NCBI GenBank assembly: GCA_951406725.2
Contig: OX597819.1
Location: 93,392,001-93,516,000 of the forward strand
Length of the DNA stretch: 124,000 nt
Source of the DNA: Octopus vulgaris
Taxonomy: Eukaryota
Direction: 5' to 3'
Part shown: in pieces, positions 68,767 through 84,138 of the stretch
Layout of the letters: every line of letters starts with the position of its first letter
Position numbering within the stretch: the first letter of the stretch is position 1
Made by a program: the position numbers and the translations under genes
Notes under the pieces: model-generated
Databases searched by the model: none
What the model was told of the DNA's origin: nothing
The model's input: the letters and a program-made list of their open reading frames with translations, nothing else

Positions 68767-71675
68767 CAGCCTCAACAGCAATCACAATACCTTGAGATTT
68801 AATATCCATGATTTGTATTGCAGGTGAAGTTGGTAGCCCAGTGCAGGTTAGTAGTGATGCTGGGAGGTACATTTCCCAGTATCACTGTCTTTGCTATGAA
68901 AAAGATGGATCCAGGAACAAAGCTACCTCGAGACAACTGCAGGAGGCCAACATGCATTCAGTCTATTGGAAACTGCTCTAAAGCAGACAGACGCTTGTTT
69001 TGCATTCAGATTATAACTTCTTTGCCTTTGTCTTTCTGAATGCAGGCAGTTCATCTTCACCATCTTCCTAAACAGATGTTCTGACAGGTTTTGATCAACT
69101 CAAAGTACATCAGAAATCTAACCCAGAACCAAGCTAAATTTTTAAATAAATAGCCATTCCTAACTTTAACCAAACATAACTATATCAATAAATATATCCA
69201 CCAAATTTTGGGGCAGTAATTTGTTCCTGCCCCACTCATAAAACAATGAAATTCAAGCAGCAATTTATTATGTCATAAATACAAGCAGTAAATCACTGTC
69301 ATAAAAATAAAAATGTTTATTCACTAGAAAATCTTTAAAATCATAAATCTTCATTTAATATTCCTTCAGTTTTGTATAAGTCTATGATTTCTTTGTTTTT
69401 GGCTTACTTTTGTTCTAGTTTACAAACAAAAAAAAAAATTATAATTGGGGTTTGTTTCTCTTTTCTATATATTTGAAGTCATCAACTTAAATCAAATTTG
69501 AATATGAAAAATGTAATATATGTCAGAGATTTGAAAAATATATCTTTTATCATCATCATCAGCATCATCGTTATCAGCATCATCATCAGCAGCAGCAGCA
69601 GCATCAGCATCCTCATCATCATCACCACCATCATCATCACATTGACGTCTGTTATTCTAAGCTGGTATGAATTAGAATTTTTAGGTGAATTTTTTTTATA
69701 GCTAGATGCCCTTCCTTGATGGTGTTAACTTGTAATAACAGTATTTCAAACTGACATTAATTTATCATCTATTGTCACTGATATTACTAATGTTATGGTG
69801 GTGGCTTAGTTTAGACCAGAGGTTCTCAAACTTCTTAGGCCACAGCCCCCTTCATGGCCACATAATACCCACAGCCCCCTTCATGGCCACATAATACCCA
69901 CCCCTATTTTTATGTATAAATAAATATTTTATACTTTACTAATTTATATATATATACTATAAATCATTTGATATATAATATAATATTATATAATTTGTAT
70001 ACAATACTATGATAATATTATAAATTCATAGCATCCCCCAACTCACTGCCTCTTTGTTCTCTACCACCCCTGCAACCACTGCTCCCTTAGGCATCAGCGC
70101 CCACCAGGACTGTTTCAATGCCCACCGGCAATGATAATGACATTGACGATGATGACACTGCTGATGATGATGATGATAAAAGATATATTTTTCAAATCTC
70201 TGACATATATTACATTTTTCATATCCAAATTTGATTTAAGTTGATGACTTCAAATACATATAAAAGAGAAACAAACCCCAATCATAATATTTTTTTTTGT
70301 TTGTAAACTAGCACAAAAGTAAACCAATGTTTTAGACCAAGCTTTATTGAACAACATACCTATAATCAAAGGCATTCCGCCTATGACAATCACATCTGTT
70401 TTAAGTGTATTTGGTACTGTGTTATCAAATATATATCCTTTAAGGTGGTAGAATGTGATTTGAAGGCGATTTGACTGCTAATTTTAGCCAGTCAAGTGAT
70501 CGTGTAGTGGCTGTTTTTGTTGGGATTTAGTTTTAGATCAGTTCTGATAGAGCTGACACTTGACCAAAGGTGTTCCAGCTGTGACCAGATATTTGAGGAG
70601 GAGAGAGACAGTCAATTACATCAAACATAGTGCTTGAATTATACATTATTTCACTGATCTGGTAAAGATGAAAGGTAAAGTCAACACCATCTGGACTTGA
70701 AATTAGAACTTGAAGAAGCAGAAATTAAATTACTTCACTGTATTTAGTCATATACCTACATGCAATTACCTACATGTTATTACCAGTTCAAATGTGCCTG
70801 TGGTATGTTTGGACTAATAAACAAGCCATTCTCTGCTATTTATCAAAGAGGAAACTTCTTGGTGTTGACAATGGTGTAAATACTCCTAGACCAGTGTAAA
70901 TACTCCACAGTGCCCCTTTCCAGACTTATATCACTGCTTAGCACTCCTACTTCATAATATACCTACATGTTTCTGTAAATCATGAGATCTACATTAATAG
71001 GTGGGTGTGTTGGCAAAATTAATAGAATGTTGGATAAGATCTTGTGGTACGTAATAATGAGTCCTTAAATTTAAATCTCACTAAAACCAATTTGCAATTC
71101 ATACCATTCAACAGTAAATAAAATAAGCCTCAATTTAGTACTGGGGTTGATTTAACTGACTGCATTATCTATATTAGAGGAGCCTTGTATCTATATTAGA
71201 AATTAATAGGTGCAGGCATAGCTCTGTGATAAGAAGCTTGCTTTCCAACCACATGGTTCTGGGTTCAAGCCCACTACATGGCACCTTGGGCAAGTGTCTT
71301 CTACTTTAACCTCGAGCCAACCAAAGCCTTGTGAGTGGATTTGGTAGACAGAAACTGAAAGAAGCTGTCATGTCTACACACACGCACGCACACACGCACG
71401 CACACACGCACGCACGCACGCACGCACACACACACATCTGTGTATGTCTTTGTGTCTGTGTTTGCCCTCCTGTCATCGCTTGACAGCTGATGCTGGTGTG
71501 TGTACATTCCTGTAACTTAGCAGTTTGGCAAAATAGACTGATAGAATAAGTTCCAGGCTTATAAAAATTAAGTACTGGGGTTAATACATTCGACTTGGCA
71601 AGTGCCTTCTACCATAGCCTCAGGCTGGCAAATGTCTTTTGAGTGAATTTGGTAGATTGGAAACTGTGTGGAAGC

Positions 71676-71712
<37 letters not shown>

Positions 71713-72610
71713 TTGTGTGTGCCTTTGTGTTTGTCCTCCACCAGCTGACAACCGGTGTTGGTTTGTTTATACTCCCATGACTTAGTAGTTTAGCAAAAGA
71801 GACCAATAGAGTAAGTGCCAAACTTAACAGCAATAAGTGTTGGATTTGATTTGTTTTCTGACTAAGCCCTACAAAGTGATGTCCCAGCATGGCTGCAATT
71901 CAGTGACTGAAACAAGTAAAAGATAAAATATATTATAATTCACATTAAATTTGTCATCAAATTTTCTTGCTATTGTGGTTGCTTAGCTTCTCATTAGCCT
72001 CGACTAAAGAAATATTCCAATCAAAGCTGTATTTTAAATAAAACCTACAGGTCTTATTTGAATTAATGCATCCTGTAATTTTCTAAAATGGTGAGTTGTA
72101 ATTTTGCAAGAATATATTTCAACAGTTATTCAATGTAGGTTGACCATCCGAGCAGAAGCCTCATCAGTGGCTCATATTTTTATGGTCACATGAGATTTTA
72201 AACGAGATAGCTTATCATTTATTTCACTTGATTCTTGATTCCCTCTTTTGTCTGATGCTCTCTAAGGAGCAATAAACTATAGGAACAATTCGCATCACCA
72301 GCTTTGTGTATTTATTTTTGGTTGCAAAGATAAGATATACAGAGGATATGTGTGTGCATAAACTCGCGCTCATTCATACACAGACAATATATCTATCAGA
72401 CAATAAATTATGATGGTAATAATTCTAAGTGTTTGTATACAGATATATAAATATAGAGATGGTCCATTTAAGTGAATATTGCTATAAATGTGAATAGTTA
72501 TCCTTATACATATTTATAGTAGTAAGTAAACAAAGTAAATATTACTTTTGGCCATCATTTACACACAAAGTTGTACAAGCATATATAAAAATGTATGCTT
72601 CTTGTTCATA

Positions 72611-72731
<121 letters not shown>

Positions 72732-72753
72732 GCATATACATATATATACATAC

Positions 72754-72784
<31 letters not shown>

Positions 72785-72935
72785 CACACATATATTAATG
72801 CATGTTTGAATGTATGTATGTGTGTATATATATATGTGTATATATATATATCTATATGTGTGTGCATATACACATATATACATACATATATTAATGTATG
72901 TTTGAATGTATGTATGTATATATGTGTATATGTAA

Positions 72936-72971
<36 letters not shown>

Positions 72972-75900
72972 GAATGTGTATATACATACATATATATGTG
73001 TGTGTATATATATATATAGAGAGAGAGAAAGAGAAATCTATATATGTATATATATATATATGTCATTTAATCATCTTTGAAAAAACTCAATATAAAGATA
73101 CCATCATATTTTTAAATTATACACAATCAAACATACACCCACATATATAATGCATACTTAACATCATCTCCATCACTATTTTTATATCCAATTTGCCATG
73201 TTTTTTGCCATGTTTTTTTTTACCATGTTTGCATTGGTTAGAGGAATTTTCTCATGCACAGCATCTCATTATTTGTTTTGTTGCTATATTATATCCTTTG
73301 TGAGATTCAGAAGCCCTCCTGAAAATAGCTTTCAACATGTCTTGTCTTCCCTATTTTTTTCTCCAGTCTTAACACTTCTGCAAATTCCTTTCATATGGTG
73401 TGCTTAGCATTTGCTTACTCATCTATCATCTTCTGTATTGCATTGCATTGCATTGCAATACTACCTCAGTCCTCTCTTAAGTTCACAACATCTGATTCCA
73501 CCTTTATCTAATTTTCTCATTAGGTATGATCTGATCACCAGTGCAAATAACAAGGGCATATCCTACTTCATCAGATATTTTCACTATCTTAGCAATGCTC
73601 ACTAATGACCTACTACTTTTCCTTACCTTCATCCCCTTAATTATGCTTTCAACATTGTAACTCTCAACATCAGTAGATGGTCCCTAAATTGGGTTTCCTT
73701 GAGGAAGTCTCTCTCTTCCTCTTCTTCATTATCTTTTCCCTCTCTCTCACCCTCTCACACTCTCTCATACCTTGTTCCATTTTCTTCATTTAGCAGCTTA
73801 GCAACCTCCTTGTAACATTACTATGCTTTTGATCATATCCAATAGAGCAAGTGGACCATTATTACTCTTCTCTACTTTCCCCAATGAAGTGATTCATAGT
73901 GATATGGTGGTTTACAATTTGAAACGCCTCTTATTTGACTCTAACCTTGCTACAACTGCAGATCTAGTCTGTACCTTGCAACAAGTTTCACAGAAACTCC
74001 CACTTATTTTTATCTTCTTCTTCTCATAGATGTCAATTAGTACTCCTTTGAACATACATCTGGCCAAAGAATCTTGCAGCTTCCACATTTTCTCTAGATT
74101 GTTTTGTGTCTCTGAGGTCATCTAGCTCTTACCTTGAGTTCACTGATCACAAGCTTATACTGAGTGGTATACGTTCCCCAGGGGTATCTTACTCACAATC
74201 AGTTGCTTTTCTCTTTCTCAGTGAATATGAAGTCTAACTGGTATGTTCATTTGATTTGTAGATGGTCACATTACTGGCCTGTTTCCTGATGTTAACATTG
74301 CAAATAACTGGTTTAAGTGCATCACAAAACTCAAAGAGCTTTGATACCAAGTACATAGCCTCCAGGTATATCAGTGTAGCAATCATGTCCATTTAAGTTA
74401 TCAGTCATGATAATGAGGCCACTGTCATACATTACTGAATTAATCTGCCAGAGAATCTAATAGCAATGGCCTTTCTGCTTGTTTGTCAGTTCAGACTGCA
74501 AAGCATGTGGAGATAGACTCTGTGTTGTAAATTACTTTTTTAAATTTAATTACTCAGTCACACATTCTGACAACCTCAGTTACTTTATTTATTAATTTTA
74601 TTTCCAGCAATATGCCAACTCTACTCACTCTATAGCTGTTGCACATCTAAAAGAATTTGTACTTATCTTCATTGCCTGTGCTGATTTTGCAGCAGCCATT
74701 CTCAATGCTATTTATTGTACACAATATGCTTTTACCTATCTCCACTTTACCACAACTACAATCTCACTACAGCTAAAAGTTTTACACCTGACAGGGAGAG
74801 AAGAGTTCCAGGTGGTAGGTGGGTCGTTTGATGTCTATTTCCTGAATCTGAAAGGAAGAGGGTTGGTGTGTTGTTTGATGACAGTTAATGAGTTCTCAAA
74901 TATGACCAAATGTTTTCACTTGACTCCCTTACTACTGTGTACAGTATTATGATGGTGTTAGTCCTGTGGATACAAAAAGTATTTTTTTCATTGTATTTGT
75001 AACTGTTGTGATTGAGGTATGTTTTTTGGTTTGATGCTCTTCCTATTGTCAACAGACTTTAAAACATGGACTGGCATTTAATCATGTCATAAACACCAGC
75101 AAGGTTATATGTTGGGGCTAAAGTGTCTTCTTAAAGTTGCAATACTTTTATTTTTTAACATTACTAGTCTCCTGGAAAGGTTACCTTTAATGTAGCTTAG
75201 AAAATCTGTGTCATTCATCCATAAAGAATTTTATTCAATTCAGAATTTCTACTCTCTGAAAACAAGTTGCTTTTACAGCAGCTTGTGAAACCTACTTCTT
75301 TCCAATACAGATTCCATTATGCTCTCCTTGTCAAGACATCACTATGACTGAGAAACCACATTTCTACATAAAGCTACTGGAGGAGAGCACAATGTAGTGG
75401 TAGAAAGGAGAAGCTTACAATAGATTGAAGAATTTGTTTAGAGTATATAAATTCCTTGAAATGATGGTGGAGTTGCAGTAGGCTGGTGGATTTGTTTTAA
75501 GTGTCAATATCCTTTAGATTGTATTGTGGTGACACATCTCTGTGTAATGTAGGCAGAGTGCAGTATTTAAATACCAGTCACTGGGTCTCTCCTGGAGTTG
75601 ATTCCATACTTCTGTCTGGAGAAGATGGGTAAGAATGTGTTTCCATGGTACAAAGCATTTAGGTGAGAGTCAGTGTGGCACTAGCTTAAAAAAGATATGT
75701 GGAGATTACCTTGCAAGTAATTGGGCATACATACATACATACATGCATATATATATATATATATATATATATACATGCATACATAAATACATACATACAG
75801 TCATACAGACAGGCAGACAAACATACATACATATTAAATCAGGGTTAGAAAATATCTTGATTTGATCTTGAGAATATATCTTTATATAAATACGTATACA

Positions 75901-76175
75901 TTTATATCAATACATGTACATATATATTTGTGTGTATGTATGTGTGTGTGTGTGGTGTGTGTGTGTGTGTGTGTGGTGCATTTGCAAATGATCATGTGTT
76001 TACCTTTCACATTATAACCAGATCATCTCTTCCTAATCACATTTACATTACTAACAGGAAAAGGATGAACTAATTTAACACTAGACTAGCTAGAATGTAA
76101 CAAATTATACAAACATCAAATAGCACTATATCTTCTCCTTTTCTCAATTTCTTTTCTTCCTTCTTTCTTGTTCTC

Positions 76176-76225
<50 letters not shown>

Positions 76226-76939
76226 TTAGCTTCACCTCACTTCTTCATATATTCAGATCTAATTATTAACAAATGAATCAAGAACCAACTAAACGAAGCA
76301 TATCAACATACAGATAGTTATTCCTTGCAGTTAATCTGTAAACTGAAATACAACTTACCATTCTACCAAGAGCAACTATTAGCGTTTTTACTCATAATTC
76401 CAGATTTGCCACCGTTCCCAGCTTATTACTTCAAAGTAAATAACTCTCACTCATTTCGTTTTTTTTCATTAAATTTAATTATTAAAAACATTTCAATTTA
76501 AAAATTCTTGTACAGGTGTAGCTGTGTAGTAAGAAGCTTCCCAACTACATGATTCCAGGTTCAGTCCCATTGTGTGGCATCTGGGGCAAAGTGTCTTCTA
76601 CTATAGCCACAGGCTGAACAAAGCTTTGTGAGTGGATTTGGTAGATGGAAACTCAAAGAAGCAGGACTTACATATATATATATATATATATATATAAATT
76701 GTATAAAATATTTTTATACATCGAGAGGAGACCATTGACAGGACTCCTTACATGCTAGAAAGGGTAGTTAAAATCCAAACCATGAAAAAGGAATTCATGA
76801 GGCACACTGTTACGACACTAGAATGAACAAAAAATAAATTAGTTAATCCCAAACTCAAGTTTCTCTAATATTTGTTGAATAAATACATTATGCGATACAT
76901 TATTTGCGCCATGTGGAAAATATTTCACCAATATTATCC

Positions 76940-77310
76940 AAATGATATTGGCATTATGTTTAATTCACCCAAGACTAGACCCCTGTGCAATGCGTCCCCT
77001 ACAAAGGTCATAAGAACATTGTAACACAATTTCTTCACTACAAATGGTCCTGCACTTTTCAATGTTATCCCAAAAGAAATTAAAGTAGGAAAAGACCCCA
77101 CAACTTTCAAACAGTACCTGGACAAATTCCTCCAGGAAATACTGGATAAACCACCTATACCTGGATGCATCTCAACCAACAACAATTCTCTGCTTGAGTG
77201 GTCCATAGTGTCCCAAAATAATTAACTAATAGACTTTTCCAGGTGGTGCTATTGAATTAGTAATGACCTGGGCTGATAATGGCTAAAACCAACCTAAGTT
77301 ATCTAAGTTA
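76940..77310 (+). mobile_element. CR1-group LINE 3' end
   Basis: HNFFTTNGPALFNVIPKEIK...FKQYLDKFLQEILDKPPIPG...NNSLLEW, then a UTR and a ctaagttat tandem tail. Confidence 0.7.
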
Positions 77311-77317
77311 TATATAT

Positions 77318-77555
77318 ATCATCATCATCATTTAACGTCCGTTGTCCATGCTGGCATGGATTCGATAGTTTGACTGGGCTGGCATGCTGGAAGGCTGCAC
77401 CAGACTCCCATCTGATTTGGCATGGTTTTCTGTGGCTGAATGCCCTTGGTAATGCCAACCACTCCGAGAGTGTAATGGGTGATTTTACATGTCACCAGCA
77501 TGTAAAATGGTATCTGCCACAACTGCAATTTTGCTCAGTTTGATGGGTCTTCTTC
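77318..77555 (-). mobile_element. Retroposon family D
   Basis: (CAT)n tail plus family body. Confidence 0.7.
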
Positions 77556-77556
77556 T

Positions 77557-77950
77557 CAAGGTGCAGTGAATATATTGTTGTCTAAATTACACAAAAATGA
77601 AAATAACACTGACATCTCCTTTTAACAAATATATTTGCCAAAATTACATAAAAATATTTTGAAATACTAAAGAGTAAATTTATTCAATAAACTCATTATT
77701 GGCTTCAACCAAAGCCTGCAGACAACTTTGGAATCTCCTGCAACTCTTCTGGACGTTTGCCTTGTTTAAGTTGGGGCCATAATCCTTGCCTTCAGTTCAC
77801 CGTTGGTATTACAAGGAGTTTTGTTGGTCTCTCACTCAACTGTGCCCCACACATAATAATCAAGGGGGTTAAATAGTCTGAGGAGTTAGGTTGCCAGATG
77901 TTAGGGGTGATGTGGGTGCAGAAATTGTCTGACCATCATAACAAGCAATA
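77557..77950 (-). mobile_element. maT/DD37D-like mariner transposon, 3' end
   Basis: DNFCTHITPNIWQPNS...PLDYYVWGTVE...NLNKANVQKSCRRFQSCLQALVEANNEFIE*; TIR-like caaggtgcagtgaatatattgttg at 77557-77580 resembles the 53.3-kb TIR. Confidence 0.75.
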
Positions 77951-78039
77951 TTAAATCTCTGAGCGAGAAGTAAACAGTAGCAGCACGGAATCACAAAATA
78001 TATTTGCCAACTAACTGTGGTAGTCCCATATATACACAT

Positions 78040-78073
<34 letters not shown>

Positions 78074-79743
78074 TATATATTTCATCTTATAAGAAAAAGG
78101 CCTGTTGTAAACTCAGAGTCTTAGCCCGCTGCCATCCTGTAGATGTTTAGAATTAATTTTGTGTCATAGTGTATACAACAGAAGTAATTTTCTAGTGCAA
78201 AGTATATAAATATGTCTGGTAAAAACTGCACAAATATTCATGGATAAACTAGTTTTTCGTTTTGCACAAGAAAGCCATATTTAGTGAAATGAATTACACT
78301 GGCTATTACAAATTGTTTGGCCTATCATGAGTTGTGATTCGATTTGGATGTTATTCATGGAAAGTATACGTACAGCAATATGGTTATTTATCTTCAGATG
78401 TTATGAAGCTCTCTATTCATCGAAGATGTGCTAATCTGGTCGGTAGCATTTGAAGGTTACATGTGAACCACAATAACTGTATGCATGAAGTGAGAAATGG
78501 CTGCTTAATGGTGTTATTAGTGTACAGGTAGTAACATAAGCATATGAGCTGCTTCACTATCAAAGGGATTCTATATTTAACGATGCCAAAACTTTCGTCC
78601 AGTTCAGGATTGTAGACCTTCTCGAAATATATCTTCTTTTTCTCTCACATAGCTGTTGATTCAGTATCATAATTATAGCTTTATATTGTACAAGTATTTA
78701 CTCCTTGGATTGAAATATTTAGCTGCATTTAGATTTGTAAGTATTTCAAGTTAGTTATATTAATGTCTAATATTACTGGTTCTGTTTAAGAGTTAACATC
78801 AATAAGTACATTTTTAGCATCTAAGGTTTATCTTTTTGTTTTACTTTTTGCTTGCTTCACTCATTACATTGCAGTCATGCTGGGACATCACCTTGAAGTG
78901 TTTAGTCGAACAAAATGACCTAATACTTATTTTATTGGTCTCGTTTTCTGAACCGCTAAGTTACACAGATATATAGACAAGCTAATACTGGTCGTCTAGT
79001 GGTGGTAGGTATAGACGCAAAGATACAAACACATACACACGCAATGAGCTTTTACTCTGTTTCTGTCTACAAAAATTAAATACGCAAAGCATTGGTAACT
79101 GCCATGCAGTGGGACTGAACCTATAGCAATATAGTTGCCGTGAGCTTTCTTAACAACACAGTCATGTCTATGCATATAAAAGTCAAAAGCCACTCTTGGG
79201 ACTTGAACCCACATCTTCTATGGTCATAACAAATGTGCTACCATACTATGCTAAAGAAAGCAATAATTATGTTACAGCCCCTGTAACAAACTGGGAGAAA
79301 AATCACCGAAAAGGTTGCAGATTGCAATGAAAGAACTTTGACAAATGAACCAAAAACAAAAACAATTTGCCGTTTAACCAACAATTGATTGATCAGTTGG
79401 TTAGATACATATTTACCCTTTAGCATTTAAACTGGCCATATCAGACCAAAATAATCTATCTGTTTTGTCTTCAAGCTGGCCAGATCTGGCCTCTCACAAT
79501 TATCTTACAATATTATTCTAAAAATAAACCATCATATCATTGAAATCTCAAAGCTACAGGTTCGTTTTCCATGGGTTCGCAAATGAGATTTGAGCCCAGC
79601 AAAAGAAAGGCATTGTCTGTCACAAACTGTGCACACTAAAAGGTCATTGTGATTCACCTTGATCATAACATTCTTCCTTAAATCTCTCTTACGTCTTGCA
79701 TGCATTATCCTGGCCTCTTCAAATGCTTTCACTCCACTCCACA

Positions 79744-79790
<47 letters not shown>

Positions 79791-80728
79791 AAAAATAAGG
79801 TATTCAGAGTTCTGGATGGTTGTACATATACAAATATTTATTAACATGTCATATGTTTTTACAAATCACATATTTTCATCTACTCTAGTAGATTCTTCAT
79901 ATATCTTCTTTTTCTCTCACATAGATTGTTGATTCAGTATCATAATTATAGCTTTATATTGTACAAGTATTTATTCCTTGGCTTGAAATATTTAGTAACT
80001 GGGAACGTTTTGTGTGCGACAAATCCTTTCTAGTTCAGGCTTCCACCATTGGAAGCCAATTGTTGCAACACTCAGGCATGAGTTTGCCGACTGGCATCAT
80101 CAGCTGAAGTCATACTAACACATGGTGCATTTTTGTTTTGCCATGCTTCTCCCCTGTTCATCGATTTTTGCAATGGCTGAAAAGTATAGACTTTCAGTAA
80201 GAAACTCTTATAAAATACTAGAAATTTCAAGTATGCACAGATATTTACTTGTACTTCATATGTGGTTTTCTCTGTGTATGTTTCAATTCATAATTTCTGG
80301 GAAGTGTTTACATTTTGATCAGCTTCTGATACAGACCTTCAAAATGTATATTGAGATTTTACATCAACTTGGTGTCTTCACAGAAGATTTCTGTTTTAGA
80401 CTGAACAGAGCTTCATTCTAAACTATTTTCTCTAACATATAATGGTGTGGCTGCTTTCTATTTATAAACTGTTTAAATTTAGAATATTTACATTAACCTT
80501 CAACACTTCACATACCCAAAAGTTGCCTGTTTCATATGCACCTTCTCACTAAAAGATATATTACCATAGTAATATAAATGAATTAAAAATACCAAGAACA
80601 ATTCACATTACCATTCCATAAGCAATGAATAAATTTCTACATATTTTATACATATATTTGTATTTACTTTTTATATTATCAAAGGAAAAAACATATTAAA
80701 TTATATATGTATAGACATACACACGCAC

Positions 80729-80759
<31 letters not shown>

Positions 80760-81547
80760 AATACATGTGTGTATGTGTATGATATTTTATACATGATTAA
80801 CTGGATGTCAAATCTTCATTTCTTTAACTATCAATCAAATTTTATTATCATAAACTCATTTGATATTCTAATTTAATCTTCAAAATATATGCATAAGCCT
80901 CGTATATACACACATATACATTGACAAATTAAATGATAGCTGTATTTCCATACATATGATTTCATGGATCTGTGAACATGTGCAACCAGATATGTCAAAT
81001 CATGTATGATAATGCTATATAGCCATTTTTTGTGTGTTTGTTTAAGTGCGGACACCTACACAAATACGCACACATATACATATACATATGGATGTTTGTG
81101 TATATATATAAATATATATATGTATATAGATAGAGAGAGAGAGAGAGAGAGAGCATGGAGGGGAAAGACACACACCTGTATGTGTATATGCATGTGTTAT
81201 GTATATGTATGTGTATATATAAATTGTTTATAATCTGCTAAATGCAATTTGAGATTAAATATAACTAGCAGAGCCATAAATTGCTGGATTAATATGCATC
81301 GATTTATGTTAAATACTTTATTTGCCAACATAACTTGTATTTTCATCATTACCATTAGTTTAAGATATATATATGATGTTGTTTGAAATATGTACATGAA
81401 TTGTGAGTGTGTTTGTGTGTGGTGGGGGTATTTGTGTGCGTAATATACACATATATTAATCTAAGCAGCTTCAGAAGGCCTTCAAAGCCATGGTTCACTG
81501 CCCCTTCCTCCAGCCAAACCAATAAAAAATATAAACACTTAAAATAT

Positions 81548-81965
81548 AGGCGTAGGAGTGGCTATGTGGTAAGTAGCTTGCTAACCAACCACATGGTTCC
81601 GGGTTCAGTCCCACTGCGTGGCATCTTGGGCAAGTGTCTTCTGCTATAGCCCCGGGCCGACCAATGCCTTGTGAGTGGATTTGGTAGACGGAAACTGAAA
81701 GAAGCCTGTCGTATATATGTATATATATATATAAGTGTGTGTGTATATGTTTGTGTGTCTGTGTTTATCCCCCTAACATTGCTTGACAACCGATGCTGGT
81801 GTGTTTACGTCCCCGTCACTTAGCGGTTCGGCAAAAGAGACCGATAGAATAAGTACTGGGCCTACAAAGAATAAGTCCTGGGGTCGATTTGCTCGACTAA
81901 AGGCGGTGCTCCAGCATAGCCACAGTCAAATGACTGAAACAAGTAAAAGAGAGTAAAAGAAAAGA
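81548..81965 (+). mobile_element. SINE family A, young-looking full-length copy
   Basis: Nearly identical to the reverse complement of 3340-3777. Confidence 0.88.
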
Positions 81966-82275
81966 GAGGTAAGCATGATCCAGGAATCTGAGTGTAGGAA
82001 GTTAGTAAGCTTCAAACATTTAGGCAGCTACTATATGACTAAAAATGTATAATTTACAAGAGAATATATTTATTAACATACACTTCTTCCCATATCAAAA
82101 TTAAAAGGAATTTCAATAGGCATGCATATATATATATATATAAGTTCAGTAAAAATTTAGATTCAGATGAATATGGTACTTAACTTGAAGGTACCAGAAT
82201 TTAGTATGGTATTATCTACACAATTTAAAATAAGGTGATTATAATCAAAATAAGCAACAAGGATATCCAGAGGTA

Positions 82276-82364
82276 ATGCAGTACGATCGTTTCATGCAAC
82301 TCTATTTAATTGAACAATGCAAACATTACATCAATTTAAAATGTAGAGCAATCTTCAACTGCAC
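82276..82364 (-). ncRNA. Type I hammerhead-like fold (C3U variant) in an element flanked by (TA)n
   Basis: Stem I GUGCAG/CUGCAU; UUGAAGA; long imperfect stem II; GAAAC; palindromic ACGAUCGU; GUA site. Confidence 0.6.
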
Positions 82365-82376
82365 AAAAATATAGAA

Positions 82377-82426
<50 letters not shown>

Positions 82427-83522
82427 TGTATCCATGTATTAAGCTATATTTAATATATATAGATGATTGTTGTCTCCTAGTGTCTCCTCATTGTCGATGG
82501 CATTTCTATCTTTCCTTCCATGATCTCTCAGATGACTATTCAGTCCCACTGCAGGGATCTTCATAGTTTGAAGCATAGGTGATAGACAACACATAATGCA
82601 AACCCACTAATTTTTTCATAATACAGTTTTAAATTAAAACCTTCCAAAATAATTTCATTTCTGAAGAATGTTCTAAACATTAGCTTAATAATGAGGAATA
82701 TTAGTTACTTTATTAAAACCTCACCTCATGTTTTGATTATTTTCAGAATTAATTGGGAATTATGTTTCAGGAGAAATATGATCATAAAAGAGTTAATGTT
82801 CAATTAGTCAAGTTTATTAGGTCAGTTGGGATGACATACTAAGAGAAAAACCTGTTTGAATGAGATTTTAGTTTCACCTAGCTATCATAAGTACTGAGAA
82901 AGATATTATTTCATTATCAAATTTATATTAAGTAGCGCCATTGTCAGTTCTACTTTTATATATCTGGAAGAAACAGAGAAGTTGTCAAGCAAACATGAAC
83001 AATTCATACGGCTTCAGACATATCATAATTCACTCTGTTCTGGGATTTTGTTGTTGTACATTTTATTGTTGACCAAATGGTGTACAGAACAGTAGTTAGG
83101 ACAACTTTAGTCTTTTTGTTTTTTTATCTCTATGAACCTGTAAAACTGGCAAATCTGCAGAGATGTTATTAAGGTAATGAATAAAGTGCCTGTTTTTTGT
83201 TCTGGTTCTCAGCACCCTGACTTCAAATCCTGATGGGTTTAGCTTTGCCTTTGCTCTTTCCAGGGTCAATAAATAAAATACAAGTCATGTGTTGAGTCCT
83301 TTTCTCCTATCACCATCTCCCCTCTTGCTTGCTTTCTCTTTCTTTGGACTAAACCATTAAATAAAATAATCAGGGCCAGTACCAGATTTAGACTTGGTGA
83401 AATTCTAACTTATATAAAATTTATAAAGGCCCCTTATAAAGAAATTACAAATATTAGAAGCAATTTTTTAATTATTTCATAACTCATTGGATTATGACCC
83501 CTAAGCAGGAGTTTGTTTAGCT

Positions 83523-84138
83523 CAGTGGCTCTCAACCACAGTTCATACAATCCCTTAGAGTCCCTGTAAGATTTCTGGAGGTCCACACAAGTAAAATAGT
83601 AAATTGGATCTACTGTAGTATTTTATGGGTCTATTGAAAAATGTTTGCTTTAAATCTATTTATTATAAGAAACACCTAGGTTTCTTTCTCTTTCAACCAA
83701 CAAAAGTGAATGTATGATAAACAAAATAGGAATTTCAAAACCAATATCTACAAAACTAGTGTTTAAAGCATTGAATGACTGTTGGGATCCACCAGAATAG
83801 AATAGTGTGGAGGCACATGGACTCGCGGGTTCGAATCTCAGACCGGACGATGTGTGTGTTTATGAGTGAAACACCTAAGTTACACGCGGCTCCAGCAGAA
83901 GGTAATGGCGAACTTCTGCTGACTCTTTTGCCACAACTTTCTCTCACTCTTTCCTCCTGCATCTTGCAGCTCACCTGCAACGGACCGGTGTCCAGTCCAG
84001 GTGGGGAACCTATACGCCAAGGAAACTGGGAAACTGGCCCTTATGAGCCAGGCATGGCTCGAGAAGGAACAAACAACAACAACAGAATAGAATAGTAATC
84101 AAAGAAATCCATTTGTTATAAATGGTTGAGAACTACAG
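83523..84138. mobile_element. hAT-like MITE interrupted by a SINE
   Basis: cagtggctctcaacc ... ggttgagaactacag imperfect TIRs (12/15). Confidence 0.5.
83807..84082 (+). mobile_element. SINE family C with a 14-bp TSD and an internally deleted head
   Basis: cagaatagaatagt at 83793-83806 and 84083-84096; (CAA)n tail. Confidence 0.85.

Noticed and set aside
73400-74120. Possible degenerate RTE RT remnant on the minus strand
   Set aside because: Only scattered weak motif resemblance; cannot be supported without an alignment.
80062-80106. Minus-strand CUGAUGA-UGCC/GGCA-AACUCA/UGAGU-G
   Set aside because: G12 is missing and the triplet is GUG; may lie in a transposase relic and be a chance match.
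78300-80400. Possible hAT (Buster-like) transposase relic, and a duplication of about 95 bp at 78630/79900
   Set aside because: Heavily disrupted; the motif matches are impressionistic.
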